Source: a virus. From it: 64,000 nucleotides of DNA. Below, piece after piece: positions 41,885 to 51,214 of the stretch. Position numbers and translations under genes: made by a program. The stretch's first letter is position 1. Every line of letters starts with the position of its first letter. Where the stretch lies: positions 17,219-81,218 of the IMG/VR virus record IMGVR_UViG_3300042485_001041, one strand, 5' to 3'. Under the pieces are notes generated by a model. The model made no database searches and was not told the DNA's origin. It was given only the letters and a program-made list of their open reading frames with translations.

Positions 41885-44875
41885 TTGAAAGCACTGCGTA
41901 TACTCGCAGCACTATTCGTCGCAACTTCTTTTGCATTCTTTCCCGCACTAATCGCAACACCTACTTATGCGGCTACTCCTGCCACAACGCTGGCGGAATA
42001 CAACGCACAGATTGCTGCCGCTACACAGGCAGTGGCTGCTGCTCAGGCTGCCGTTAACACAGCGCAATCAAATTACGATAGCAACTTAATTGAGCAAGCA
42101 ACTGCATCTGGCTCTGGCTTAACTGCCAAGGTTTACAACAATACGATGAGCATGACGCCTAATGCGTCTGCTCTTTGTGCCACGACTACTGTAAGCCAGA
42201 TCAACTTTCAATGGGGTAGTGGTGGCATCTTAGGCTGTGACCCTGAAAGAGTTACTGTTAACTTTTATGGAACAATTACAGTGCCTACTACAGGCACATA
42301 CCAATTTAGAAACATTGCTGATGATGGTTTCTACATGACTATTAATGGTCAAGTAGTTGTAGATGAATGGGTAGACAAGGGCTGTAATGGCAGCCTAGGT
42401 GCTGGTATTCAATTGACTGCTGGAACTGCTTACACTATTGATGCGTGGTTTTACGAAAACAGTGGTGGAGCCTGCTCTATGCTCTATGTATACGAACCTT
42501 CAGGTAACTATCAAGTAGTTCCTGCATCTTGGTTTGGTCAAACTGCAGTAGTGACAATGGTTAAAGACCCAGCGCTACTAGTTATCCTACAGAACGCACA
42601 AACAGCATTAGCAGATGCACAGGCTGCACTGGCTGCAATCCCACCTTATACAGCACACGTAGATGCGCCAAGTAATTTGACGTTAACTGATAATCCTGGC
42701 GCATCAACAATAACTTTAAACTGGAGCGCTCCTACTACAGGAGACCCAGTAGAGCGTTACGCAATTTCTTGGACTACTGCAGGGTTTAATGGTTGGGGTA
42801 TTGCTACTGGAAATGTTGGCGATGCTAATGCGTTAAACACTTTTATAACTATAAATTATTCGGTAATAGCACAAGCAGGTTTAGATAAAACTTACACCTT
42901 TAGCATTAGATCAGATAACGACACATTACGTTTGTACTCTGGTATTTCTAATTCTGTGGATTTTTATCTTCCAGCGCCGCCGCCAGTGATCGTGCCTGAG
43001 CCAAGCGCGAGTCCTTCGACAAGTCCAAGTAGTGATCCCACTCCTGAGCCGACTCCCAGTACTCAGCCTTCGCCTTCTCCGTCAACCACACCCCAGCCCA
43101 GCCCAGAACCATCAGTAGAACCCAACCCAGAAACAGAGCCTTCTCCATCGCCTACCCCTTCCGCGCCAATCGAGCCTTCTCCAACTCCAGTACCTTCACC
43201 TTCGCCTTCAACGGAGCCGAACCCAACACCCACCCCAGAACCGTCCCCAAGCCAAACATCACCAGCAGTAGAACCGACTCCATCACCTTCTCCTTCTCCA
43301 ACAGGGCCAACTGCTGAAGAGTTGGCAATAGCAGCCGCTACTGCAGAAGTAGCAAGACTAGCAGAAGTGGCAAGACTAGCAGAAGTAGCAAGACTAGCAG
43401 AGGTAGAAAGACTTGCAGAGATTGCTAGGTTAGCAGAGGCAGCAAGATTGGTAGAAGTAGCAAGGCTTGCAGAAGTGGCAAGACTAGCAGAGGTGGCAAG
43501 GCTTGCAGAAGCAGAAAGACTTGAGGCTGCCCGTATAGCAGCAGCGGTTGAGGCTGCTCGCGTAGCAGCAGAAGTTGAGGCTGCCCGTATAGCAGCAGAG
43601 GTTGAGGCTGCTCGCGTAGCAGCAGAAGCAGCAGCCCAAGCAGAGGCTGACAGAATTGCTGCAGAAGAAGCAGCAGAAGAAGCAGCAAGAATTCAAGCAG
43701 AAATAGAAGCCAAGGCAGAAGAAGAACGTATAGAAGCGGAAATTGAAGCAGCAAGAATTCAAGCAGAAATAGAAGCCAAGGCAGAAGAAGAACGAATTGC
43801 AGAAGAAATTAAAGCAGCAGAAGAAAAAGCAGAGGCAGAGGCAAAGGCAGAAGAAGAACGTATAGCGGCGGAAGAAGCGGCAGCCAAAGCGGAGGAAGAG
43901 CGCATTGCTGCTGAAGAGGCAGCAGCCAAAGCAGAAGAAGAGCGTTTAGCCGCTGAAGCATTAAAGGCCGAGCAAGAAGCAGAGGCCGCTGCTAAGGCAG
44001 AGGAAGAACGATTAGCAGAAGAAGAACGGTTAAAAGCAGAAGCAGAAGCCAAGGCAGCAGAAGAAGCGGCAGCAAAAGCCGAGGCTGAAGCAGAAGCCGC
44101 AGAAGAAGCAAAGTTAAAGGCAGAGGCAGATGCTAAGGCTGCAAAAGAAGCCGCTGAAAAAGCAGCAGAAGAAGCCAAAGCAAAAGCAGAAGCCGATCGT
44201 TTAGCCACAGAAGCAGCCGCTAAAGCAAGAGCAGAAGCAGAGGCTAAGGCAAAGGCTGAACAACAAGCCGCTTCTATTACAGATGGAAAGATTACTGTTG
44301 CTGAGACTAAAGAAGTAGTTAATAACTTACTTTCCGATGGAAACATCACAAAGGCCGAAGTTACTGCTCTTGTTGAAACTCTAACTAAAGACGGGGAAGA
44401 GTTAACTTCAGAGGAGCGGACATTAGTTGCAGAGGTTGTTATTGCTCAGTTTGTTGGTGAAGCCGTTCCTTTAGCAACGTTAGTAGCGTCTGGTATCACT
44501 TATGCCGATCTTCCACCAGAACAACCTGTTGACGTTAGAACCGATGCAAACGGTAATGCCGTTATCATTACTGCAGAAGTTGCGGCACAAGTTGAACTGC
44601 TTCAAGATCCTGGCGCATTACTGGCTGAAGCATTCTCAGATCCAGGTGCTGCTCTTGCGGCACTTGGAAGTATCGGTGCAGACATGAGCGCTGAAGAGCG
44701 TGAAGAATCAACACAAGCAGTTGTTGCAACAGTAGTTGCTGCAGGTGCAGCAATTAGTGCAGCAGCAAGTGCAGCAACATCCGCAGCAACTGGCTCTGCA
44801 GGTTCAACTGGAGGCGGAAATTCTGGTGGAGGAACTCCATCAGGACAATCAGGCGTTAGGAGACGCAAACAGTGA
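41885..44875 (+). CDS. Large exported/surface protein: PA14 + FN3-like + Pro/Ser/Thr linker + Ala/Glu coiled coil
   Basis: Signal peptide; INFQWG...G.Y.F...ADDG...WFYENSGGA (PA14); APSNLT...W.AP...Y (FN3); AEVARL and AEEERI repeats. Confidence 0.85.
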   Translation: MKALRILAALFVATSFAFFPALIATPTYAATPATTLAEYNAQIAAATQAVAAAQAAVNTAQSNYDSNLIEQATASGSGLTAKVYNNTMSMTPNASALCATTTVSQINFQWGSGGILGCDPERVTVNFYGTITVPTTGTYQFRNIADDGFYMTINGQVVVDEWVDKGCNGSLGAGIQLTAGTAYTIDAWFYENSGGACSMLYVYEPSGNYQVVPASWFGQTAVVTMVKDPALLVILQNAQTALADAQAALAAIPPYTAHVDAPSNLTLTDNPGASTITLNWSAPTTGDPVERYAISWTTAGFNGWGIATGNVGDANALNTFITINYSVIAQAGLDKTYTFSIRSDNDTLRLYSGISNSVDFYLPAPPPVIVPEPSASPSTSPSSDPTPEPTPSTQPSPSPSTTPQPSPEPSVEPNPETEPSPSPTPSAPIEPSPTPVPSPSPSTEPNPTPTPEPSPSQTSPAVEPTPSPSPSPTGPTAEELAIAAATAEVARLAEVARLAEVARLAEVERLAEIARLAEAARLVEVARLAEVARLAEVARLAEAERLEAARIAAAVEAARVAAEVEAARIAAEVEAARVAAEAAAQAEADRIAAEEAAEEAARIQAEIEAKAEEERIEAEIEAARIQAEIEAKAEEERIAEEIKAAEEKAEAEAKAEEERIAAEEAAAKAEEERIAAEEAAAKAEEERLAAEALKAEQEAEAAAKAEEERLAEEERLKAEAEAKAAEEAAAKAEAEAEAAEEAKLKAEADAKAAKEAAEKAAEEAKAKAEADRLATEAAAKARAEAEAKAKAEQQAASITDGKITVAETKEVVNNLLSDGNITKAEVTALVETLTKDGEELTSEERTLVAEVVIAQFVGEAVPLATLVASGITYADLPPEQPVDVRTDANGNAVIITAEVAAQVELLQDPGALLAEAFSDPGAALAALGSIGADMSAEEREESTQAVVATVVAAGAAISAAASAATSAATGSAGSTGGGNSGGGTPSGQSGVRRRKQ

Positions 44876-45036
44876 AACTAATAAAAGACATGGTTGAACA
44901 ACTGTGGACACTACTTGGAATGTTTATTGCTTGGGTAGTTCTTGACGGAAGTGCGAAAACCATCGTTGGTTACGCAATTATTGCAACTCTATTTGCATGG
45001 GCTATCACGTATCCCCTGCGTAATCGAGACGAATAA
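44872..45036 (+). CDS. 54-aa two-TM membrane protein (not in ORF track)
   Basis: GTGA overlap; QLWTLLGMFIAWVVLDGSAK. Confidence 0.65.
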   Translation: MKLIKDMVEQLWTLLGMFIAWVVLDGSAKTIVGYAIIATLFAWAITYPLRNRDE

Positions 45037-45074
45037 GGGATTATTTCCCTTGAGGGCATTTAGTTAGGAGAAGT

Positions 45075-45266
45075 ATGGATATCAAGACACTAAAGGCTGC
45101 AGGAGCAACTTGGCTTCGTGCATCGATTGCCGCTGTTGCGGCCCTGTACATGGCAGGAATTACGGACCCAAAGACATTGGCTAACGCTTTTGTTGCAGGT
45201 TTGCTCGGACCAGCAGCAAAGTTTGTTAATCCAAAAGATCCATCATACGGCTTAGGCAAGAAGTAA
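45075..45266 (+). CDS. Small holin-like membrane protein
   Basis: Two hydrophobic helices, NPKD..YG tail. Confidence 0.6.
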   Translation: MDIKTLKAAGATWLRASIAAVAALYMAGITDPKTLANAFVAGLLGPAAKFVNPKDPSYGLGKK

Positions 45267-45284
45267 CTTAGGAGAGATGCACCA

Positions 45285-45674
45285 GTGACAACGTTCTTTA
45301 CAACCATGGGCATTGTCGCTGGTGCATTCATAAGCATAGGAGTGCTGTTGAGTCCCTTGTATAAGAAGACTAGACGTTTTATGCAATGGATGGAACGGTT
45401 CATGCGCGACTGGGAAGGTGAACCTGCTGAACCAGGTAGAGACCGTGTTCCAGGCGTTATGGAGCGCTTGAACAGTATGGATGGGGAACTAAGTCAAAAC
45501 GGTGGCTACACCACTGTAAAGGACCGTGTAGACCGTCTGTACGAGAACCAGGCTAAGGTTATGGAAAATCAGGATAAAGTCCTAGAAGCCTTCGTAGAAT
45601 TGGGCGAAAGATTAATCGCCATTGAAAATTGTTTAACTAAAACTGAGGTTGATACTACAAAGTACGGAATTTAA
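45285..45674 (+). CDS. Membrane-anchored coiled-coil protein (lysis-cassette type)
   Basis: N-terminal TM; DWEGE...PGVMERL...NGG..VKD. Confidence 0.65.
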   Translation: MTTFFTTMGIVAGAFISIGVLLSPLYKKTRRFMQWMERFMRDWEGEPAEPGRDRVPGVMERLNSMDGELSQNGGYTTVKDRVDRLYENQAKVMENQDKVLEAFVELGERLIAIENCLTKTEVDTTKYGI

Positions 45675-45688
45675 GGGAAGATAGATAC

Positions 45689-46048
45689 ATGAGTAATCAG
45701 TTTATGTCCAAGGACTGGAACCCAGCCATCGGCATAGTGCAGGCAATTGACGCAATTGCTAATATTAAAACACACTCTGATAATCATCATTATCAAACTG
45801 CAATGAAGCATCAACAGGTTAATCATGATAACCTACAAAACCATACAAGAGAAACTCCAACGCCATCCAATACTGGAGCACCAGTACCTGGTTATAAAAA
45901 GCGTGGAAGTAACATCACACCCGAATCGACAGGAGCACCCGTGCCAGGAGCAAACAAAGCAACAGGTAAGATCACCCCAAAACACACTAAGGCTTACCCT
46001 AAAAAATTAAAACAAACTCCCCCTGGAACTAAGCCAAAGAAGAAGTAA
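45689..46048 (+). CDS. Basic disordered protein with TGAPVPG duplication
   Basis: Starts MSNQF; internal repeat. Confidence 0.6.
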   Translation: MSNQFMSKDWNPAIGIVQAIDAIANIKTHSDNHHYQTAMKHQQVNHDNLQNHTRETPTPSNTGAPVPGYKKRGSNITPESTGAPVPGANKATGKITPKHTKAYPKKLKQTPPGTKPKKK

Positions 46049-46398
46049 TGGCTGGCGCACTTAACCCAGATAACGATTCCTACTCCCACTTTAATGCTGG
46101 AGTAGATTCTCGTCATGCCCCAATGAGTGCAATCGATAAGAAGATGCTTAACTTTGCTATAAAACTAGCACAGCAACCAGCAACTAAAACTCATGGTCAA
46201 ATACTTAACAACTTTGGCATGTACCCTCCAGAGTTCTGGTTAAGGGCTCAGCGCATGACTGGTCACCCAGGTATTTCAAAACGACAAAAAGCAAAATTAG
46301 ATGAGGTCTTTCCTGACCCTTCACGACCAGGCCCTATGAGTGGCGGCGCCCCGATTGATACTAGTAAAAATAAGTTTAGCCATGGATTGGAGTGGTAA
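46048..46398 (+). CDS. Hypothetical protein
   Basis: Coupled ORF. Confidence 0.6.
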   Translation: MAGALNPDNDSYSHFNAGVDSRHAPMSAIDKKMLNFAIKLAQQPATKTHGQILNNFGMYPPEFWLRAQRMTGHPGISKRQKAKLDEVFPDPSRPGPMSGGAPIDTSKNKFSHGLEW

Positions 46399-46643
46399 TG
46401 AAATGCGCTAATTGCGATAACAATGCGTTGTTTATGTACCGCATGACCAGAAATAAAGCGCTTTATTATTGCGGTAAAGACCTTCCTAAGTTCTTAGATG
46501 AACGACGTAGAGCAGGGTTACTTGCTATTACTGAAGAGTTTACTAAAGAAAAGGAAATTGCCCTTGAGATTCTGTCAACTCCAGATCCAGAAGAAGAGCC
46601 AACCCCAATAGCAAAGAAGACAACTAAAAAGTCTGTTAAGTAA
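46398..46643 (+). CDS. Small Zn-finger-like protein
   Basis: MKCANC...YC; TAATG coupling. Confidence 0.6.
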   Translation: MKCANCDNNALFMYRMTRNKALYYCGKDLPKFLDERRRAGLLAITEEFTKEKEIALEILSTPDPEEEPTPIAKKTTKKSVK

Positions 46644-46880
46644 ATGAAGTTGATTCGCAAGTTTGCGGTGCAGGGTCATGCCGTACCCGCGTACTCACAC
46701 AGTCCTAGAGGCCCATTTCCACCTGAAGTACTAGCAGAGCCACAGATGGATCAAAGCGAATATCACGCAGATTCTTTACATGTAGGTCTAGATGATGTCC
46801 GATTCTTCAAATGTAAAGACTGTAATACCATTTTAGAAAGAAATGAACTTGAAGGCCATGATTGCAGTGATTTTAAGTAG
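46644..46880 (+). CDS. Small Zn-finger protein
   Basis: CKDC...HDC. Confidence 0.65.
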   Translation: MKLIRKFAVQGHAVPAYSHSPRGPFPPEVLAEPQMDQSEYHADSLHVGLDDVRFFKCKDCNTILERNELEGHDCSDFK

Positions 46881-46938
46881 ACTTGTCATGCCTCTAAGCG
46901 CATGAGGCTTTAACTTCTCTAGAGAAAGCAGACTATTC

Positions 46939-47631
46939 ATGGCAACAAATAACAACGGTAATCTTTTAGATTCCGCAGGCGAAGTCGCTATTGACTTCGT
47001 ATGGGGTAACTTCCCTATTCAACCAAACGATGCTCGTCCAGATGCAGCAAGTGCAACTCTTTCGGAAACAGTTTACACAAGAGTTCCAGGTCGTCTAGCC
47101 CCAGCACTTGACAACCACATCATCGCTCTTTCAGGATGGAATGGTTTCCCACTATACAACCCAGATACAGCAGGCGAAGACGTTGCAGGTCCAACTGACT
47201 ACGTACTCGTACCTTCAGTAATTGGTTTGACAACAGCACTTGCAACTGATGCAATGAAGGACGCATCACTCGTTCCTACAACTGCAGCAGCAGCAACAAA
47301 TGCCGCAAAGGCAGTAACAGCAATTGCCCGTACAGCAGGTAGCACCACAGTTACAGTTACATCCTCAACTCACGGTTTTACTGCTGGACAAAAGGTTGTA
47401 CTTGGTAACTCTGGAGATGCAGCAGCAAACGGTACTTACACCGTAGTAACTGCAAGTGCTAACTCCTTTACAGCAACAGGAACATTAACAACGGTTCTTG
47501 CTCTAACAGGGCTGTCAGCAACCGCTGTTGGTCTTGAAGGAACAATTAAGACCCAATCAATTGCAGCAGGAGCAAATACAATCGCTCCAGCAGCAGCAGT
47601 AACAATTACACCATTCGCAGCAGCATCATAA
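46939..47631 (+). CDS. Ala/Thr-rich putative virion structural/decoration protein
   Basis: PASTA-like VPSVIGLT...A; beta-rich HGF..GQ.V...NGTYTV insert; codon usage similar to the capsid gene. Confidence 0.6.
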   Translation: MATNNNGNLLDSAGEVAIDFVWGNFPIQPNDARPDAASATLSETVYTRVPGRLAPALDNHIIALSGWNGFPLYNPDTAGEDVAGPTDYVLVPSVIGLTTALATDAMKDASLVPTTAAAATNAAKAVTAIARTAGSTTVTVTSSTHGFTAGQKVVLGNSGDAAANGTYTVVTASANSFTATGTLTTVLALTGLSATAVGLEGTIKTQSIAAGANTIAPAAAVTITPFAAAS

Positions 47632-47640
47632 TCTAAACGT

Positions 47641-48354
47641 ATGACAAGACCTCGGAGCGGTGCAGCAGGCGGTCGACGCCTGCCTGCGCCGTCTCCAGAG
47701 GAGCAACTAGGCGCGTTTTATGGCGTCAGCAGAACACAGACAAACAACTTAAAAAAGATTACGGGTGTTAATAACCCATTTCAAGGGCTGCCTACTTCAG
47801 CATCTGGTGGAGAGTTTGGCGAATACCAAGAGATTATTGGTATGCCAGAGACTATGAAGTACTTCTTAACTGATAAAGAACATGCAGAGATGGGTTACAC
47901 CAAAAATCTCGCAGGACTTCCTGCCTCAAAAGACAGACTAACAAGTCGTCAATTTTATGATGTCACTGAAGGTCCCGAAATGATTCCTGGATACAAGGGC
48001 CCTCAAATGGAAGAAGACACCTCAGCAGCACCATTGACAGTTGTACCAACCTCTACAACTAATCCTGCACGCCCACGAACTGTGGCGGCTGGCTATGACA
48101 GAGATGAAGAGAAAGTTACAGTTGTATTCCGCGATGGAACCTTCTACAACTACTATGAAGTTACACCTGCTGAATGGCAAGCATTTAAAGCCCGTGTTTC
48201 AAAGGGCCGATATATTTACAAGTATCTAGACTTTAAACCACGAGGCGCCGCAGACGTGGGTAGTATCTCTCAAACAGCACGAAAAGCCTTTTACAAGTTT
48301 ACTCGTGCGGCTCAAATCAAAAGCGGCGGTAAGAAGACTAAAGAACTGAAATAG
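47641..48354 (+). CDS. KTSC-domain protein
   Basis: GYD....VTVVFRDG..Y.Y..V....W..F....SKGRYI. Confidence 0.75.
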   Translation: MTRPRSGAAGGRRLPAPSPEEQLGAFYGVSRTQTNNLKKITGVNNPFQGLPTSASGGEFGEYQEIIGMPETMKYFLTDKEHAEMGYTKNLAGLPASKDRLTSRQFYDVTEGPEMIPGYKGPQMEEDTSAAPLTVVPTSTTNPARPRTVAAGYDRDEEKVTVVFRDGTFYNYYEVTPAEWQAFKARVSKGRYIYKYLDFKPRGAADVGSISQTARKAFYKFTRAAQIKSGGKKTKELK

Positions 48355-48361
48355 GGAGCAA

Positions 48362-48769
48362 ATGCCAAAGGTACACAATATCGGCCCAGTATTTGTTCAA
48401 CTAACTAACTTCCCATATGCCTGGGATAAGAAACTAGTAGTCCGTGGTTGGACTCAAGAGATCGAAGAGCCTTTTAGAACCTCAGCCCCTTTTATAGTAC
48501 GCTTGCCTGGATATCGGGCACTAGTCTTAGGGAAGTGGACTGGCATGCAATCTGAAGAAGAAGCGTTAAACACAGCGCTAAACAGACGGGATGTAACAGA
48601 GGATGATTTTACGGAAGAAGCAGGGTGGACACCAGCCGCAGACGCGAATCGAGAAACGAGTAGCCACAATCTCTACTCCAGATTTGATCTCATGGATGGA
48701 GCAAGCAATGTACACAGTGGGCAAACATTTAACGAGTTGGCAGCGCAATCAGAGCCAAGCAGATCTTGA
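48362..48769 (+). CDS. Hypothetical protein
   Basis: RBS GGGAG. Confidence 0.6.
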   Translation: MPKVHNIGPVFVQLTNFPYAWDKKLVVRGWTQEIEEPFRTSAPFIVRLPGYRALVLGKWTGMQSEEEALNTALNRRDVTEDDFTEEAGWTPAADANRETSSHNLYSRFDLMDGASNVHSGQTFNELAAQSEPSRS

Positions 48770-48845
48770 TGAAGTACTTGTGGCTGCAGAAGCCTTTCAA
48801 GCCATTGCTAAAGAATTAAAGAGACGGTCTAACACAACTCTATGA
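48603..48845 (+). CDS. Helical hypothetical protein upstream of terminase
   Basis: ATGA coupling to terminase; overlaps the previous ORF. Confidence 0.55.
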   Translation: MILRKKQGGHQPQTRIEKRVATISTPDLISWMEQAMYTVGKHLTSWQRNQSQADLDEVLVAAEAFQAIAKELKRRSNTTL

Positions 48846-50422
48846 GTAATATTGACGAGAAGTTTGAAGAGATAAGTCCAGAGTTCTTTTTAAACGAAGA
48901 ACAACCTGTAGACGAGCCTGTTGATGAGGCTCTTGATGAACTCTCACAGCAATTTGTTGACAAACTTATCGACAAGATTATGGACTTCTTAAAAGTCTTA
49001 GTTGGACACGACCTTCACCCTTATCAAAAACCGTTGGCACGTCGTGTAATCGAATCAGTAATCATTAACGATGGCGAAGAAATTACAGCCCTTGCTGCAC
49101 GTCAGTCAGGTAAGTCAGAGACGGTGGCTGACACAGTAGCCACATTGATGATTCTGCTACCACGTTTAGCAAAGTTGTACCCAGATTTACTAGGTAAATT
49201 TAAAGATGGCTTATGGGTTGGTCTATTTGCACCTACTGAAACACAGGCTGAAACCCTTTATGGACGCACAGTTAATCGCTTAACCTCTGAAAGAGCCCTT
49301 GAGATTTTGGGCGATCCAGAAATCGATGACAGCGCTACCCGCGTAGGTGGTGTAACACGCCAGATTCGTTTAAAGAAGTCTGGTTCAACAATTACTATGA
49401 TGACCGCTAACCCAAGGGCAAAAATTGAATCCAAGTCTTTTCATCTTATTGTTATTGACGAGTGCCAAGAGGCTGATGACTTTGTGGTATCAAAAAGTAT
49501 TTCTCCGATGCTTGCCTATTACGCAGGAACAATGGTCAAGACTGGTACGCCTACAACGAGTAAGAACAATTTTTACCGCGCTATTCAAATGAACCGCAGA
49601 CGCCAGACAACTCGTGGAAATAGGCAGAACCATTTCCAATGGGACTGGCGTGAAGTGGTAAAGGTAAATGAGAACTACGATAAGTTCGTTAGAAAAGAAA
49701 TGTTGCGTATTGGAGAAGAGTCCGATGAGTTCCAGATGTCGTACAACTGTAAGTGGTTACTTGAAAGAGGAATGTTTGTTACTTCAAACATTATGGATGA
49801 GTTGGGCGATACATCTTCGGAACTGGTTAAGTCTTGGCATAAAACCCCCGTCGTTGTTGGGGTCGACCCTGCTCGTAAAACTGACTCGACGGTTGTTACT
49901 GTGGTGTGGGTTGACTGGGATCGCCCTGATGAGTTTGGTTATTTTGATCACCGCGTTTTAAACTGGTTAGAGATGCAGGGAGATGACTGGGAAGAGCAGT
50001 ACTACCAGATCGTAAACTTCTTAGAAAATTATGACGTACTAGCAGTTGGCGTAGATGCTAACGGTGTAGGCGACGCAGTAGCCCAACGTTTAAAGTTATT
50101 GCTGCCTAGAGCCGAAGTTATGTCTTTAACCTCTAGCCCATCTGAGCAGTCAAGACGATGGAAACATCTACAGGCTTTGATTCAGCGCAAGATGATCTCT
50201 TGGCCTTCTCATGCAAAAACTCGCAGATTGCGTACTTGGAAGCGGTTTTACCAACAGATGGTGGATGCCGAAGTTACTTTTAAAGGACCTAACTTCTTAG
50301 TAGCAGCCCCAGATGAATCCTACGCACACGACGACTTTGTAGACTCTTTATCAATTGCTTGCTCGCTTACCCAAGACTTAGTAATGCCCGAAGTTGTAGC
50401 CTCTAGTAATCCTTTTTTCTAG
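48842..50422 (+). CDS. terL: Terminase large subunit
   Basis: ARQSGKS Walker A, IVIDE Walker B, TGTP, nuclease GVDPA and HDDFVDS. Confidence 0.93.
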   Translation: MSNIDEKFEEISPEFFLNEEQPVDEPVDEALDELSQQFVDKLIDKIMDFLKVLVGHDLHPYQKPLARRVIESVIINDGEEITALAARQSGKSETVADTVATLMILLPRLAKLYPDLLGKFKDGLWVGLFAPTETQAETLYGRTVNRLTSERALEILGDPEIDDSATRVGGVTRQIRLKKSGSTITMMTANPRAKIESKSFHLIVIDECQEADDFVVSKSISPMLAYYAGTMVKTGTPTTSKNNFYRAIQMNRRRQTTRGNRQNHFQWDWREVVKVNENYDKFVRKEMLRIGEESDEFQMSYNCKWLLERGMFVTSNIMDELGDTSSELVKSWHKTPVVVGVDPARKTDSTVVTVVWVDWDRPDEFGYFDHRVLNWLEMQGDDWEEQYYQIVNFLENYDVLAVGVDANGVGDAVAQRLKLLLPRAEVMSLTSSPSEQSRRWKHLQALIQRKMISWPSHAKTRRLRTWKRFYQQMVDAEVTFKGPNFLVAAPDESYAHDDFVDSLSIACSLTQDLVMPEVVASSNPFF

Positions 50423-50503
50423 TTAGACAACATAACTAGGCAAAAAGGGTGGAAACTATGTACTAAGGAAAAGGCCTTTCCAATACATCCTTAAGGAGTA
50501 AGT

Positions 50504-50899
50504 ATGACAATTTCACCAGCACCACAATTCCCAGAGCGTTCACCTCAGAACTACGAAATGAAGGGTGCCGACAACGCTACTCGTCGTGGACCACTTCGCT
50601 TTGAAGAAGGTATCGCTACAGATACAGACGTTCCAGCAGATTTCCAGAAGGGCATGATGCAGGGTTCTGCAGTTGCTCCAGGACGCCCAAACCGTAATGC
50701 CCCAGTATGGCAAAAGACTGCAGCAGAAACTCTTGCAGAACGTGCTCATGTTGGTTCAGCATCATGGGTTGAAGCACCAACATTCCTTGGTGAGTTCGCA
50801 CATGGAACAATGAATGACTATTCAGCAGCAAAGATTGAAACAGTTGCTCGCTCAGGCGGACGTACACAACGTATGTCAGCAACAGTCATAAACGACTAA
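50504..50899 (+). CDS. Hypothetical (probable virion) protein
   Basis: RBS AAGGAG; between terminase and portal. Confidence 0.7.
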   Translation: MTISPAPQFPERSPQNYEMKGADNATRRGPLRFEEGIATDTDVPADFQKGMMQGSAVAPGRPNRNAPVWQKTAAETLAERAHVGSASWVEAPTFLGEFAHGTMNDYSAAKIETVARSGGRTQRMSATVIND

Positions 50900-50920
50900 T
50901 AGTTTAATAAGTACGCCGAG

Positions 50921-50946
50921 CCACCCTTGCACTAGTGTGAGGGTGG
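50921..50946 (+). terminator. Hairpin after 50504-50899
   Basis: CCACCCTTGCAC-TA-GTGTGAGGGTGG. Confidence 0.5.
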
Positions 50947-50968
50947 TAAGGCTATCCTTGGAGGAGAT

Positions 50969-51214
50969 ATGAAGAAACCAGCAAACCCAAAGTTGTATGC
51001 AACCATTGTTGCTATGGCACGGGCTAAGTACTCTTCCTATCCAAATCCTGGCGCAAGTGCTTGGGTTCATAAAAGATATATTCAAAGCGGTGGACAGTTT
51101 ATTGAAACCACTGAAGCAACACGTCGTGCTGGTATGGCACAGAAAAAACAAGACAAAGAAAAGTCTAAACATCTTGAAGAAAAGAAAGATGCTAAGAAAG
51201 ATAAGAAGAAGTAA
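50969..51214 (+). CDS. Small basic protein
   Basis: RBS GGAGG; PANPKLY...YP...A.AW....Y...GG. Confidence 0.7.
   Translation: MKKPANPKLYATIVAMARAKYSSYPNPGASAWVHKRYIQSGGQFIETTEATRRAGMAQKKQDKEKSKHLEEKKDAKKDKKK

Noticed and set aside
43320-44349. Tandem DNA repeats and long antisense ORFs
   Set aside because: Explained by the AEVARL/AEEERI protein repeats of the + strand gene; the antisense ORFs are shadows.
48603-48769. Programmed frameshift between the overlapping ORFs before terL
   Set aside because: No clear slippery site; a simple overlap from a C-terminal extension of the upstream ORF is sufficient.
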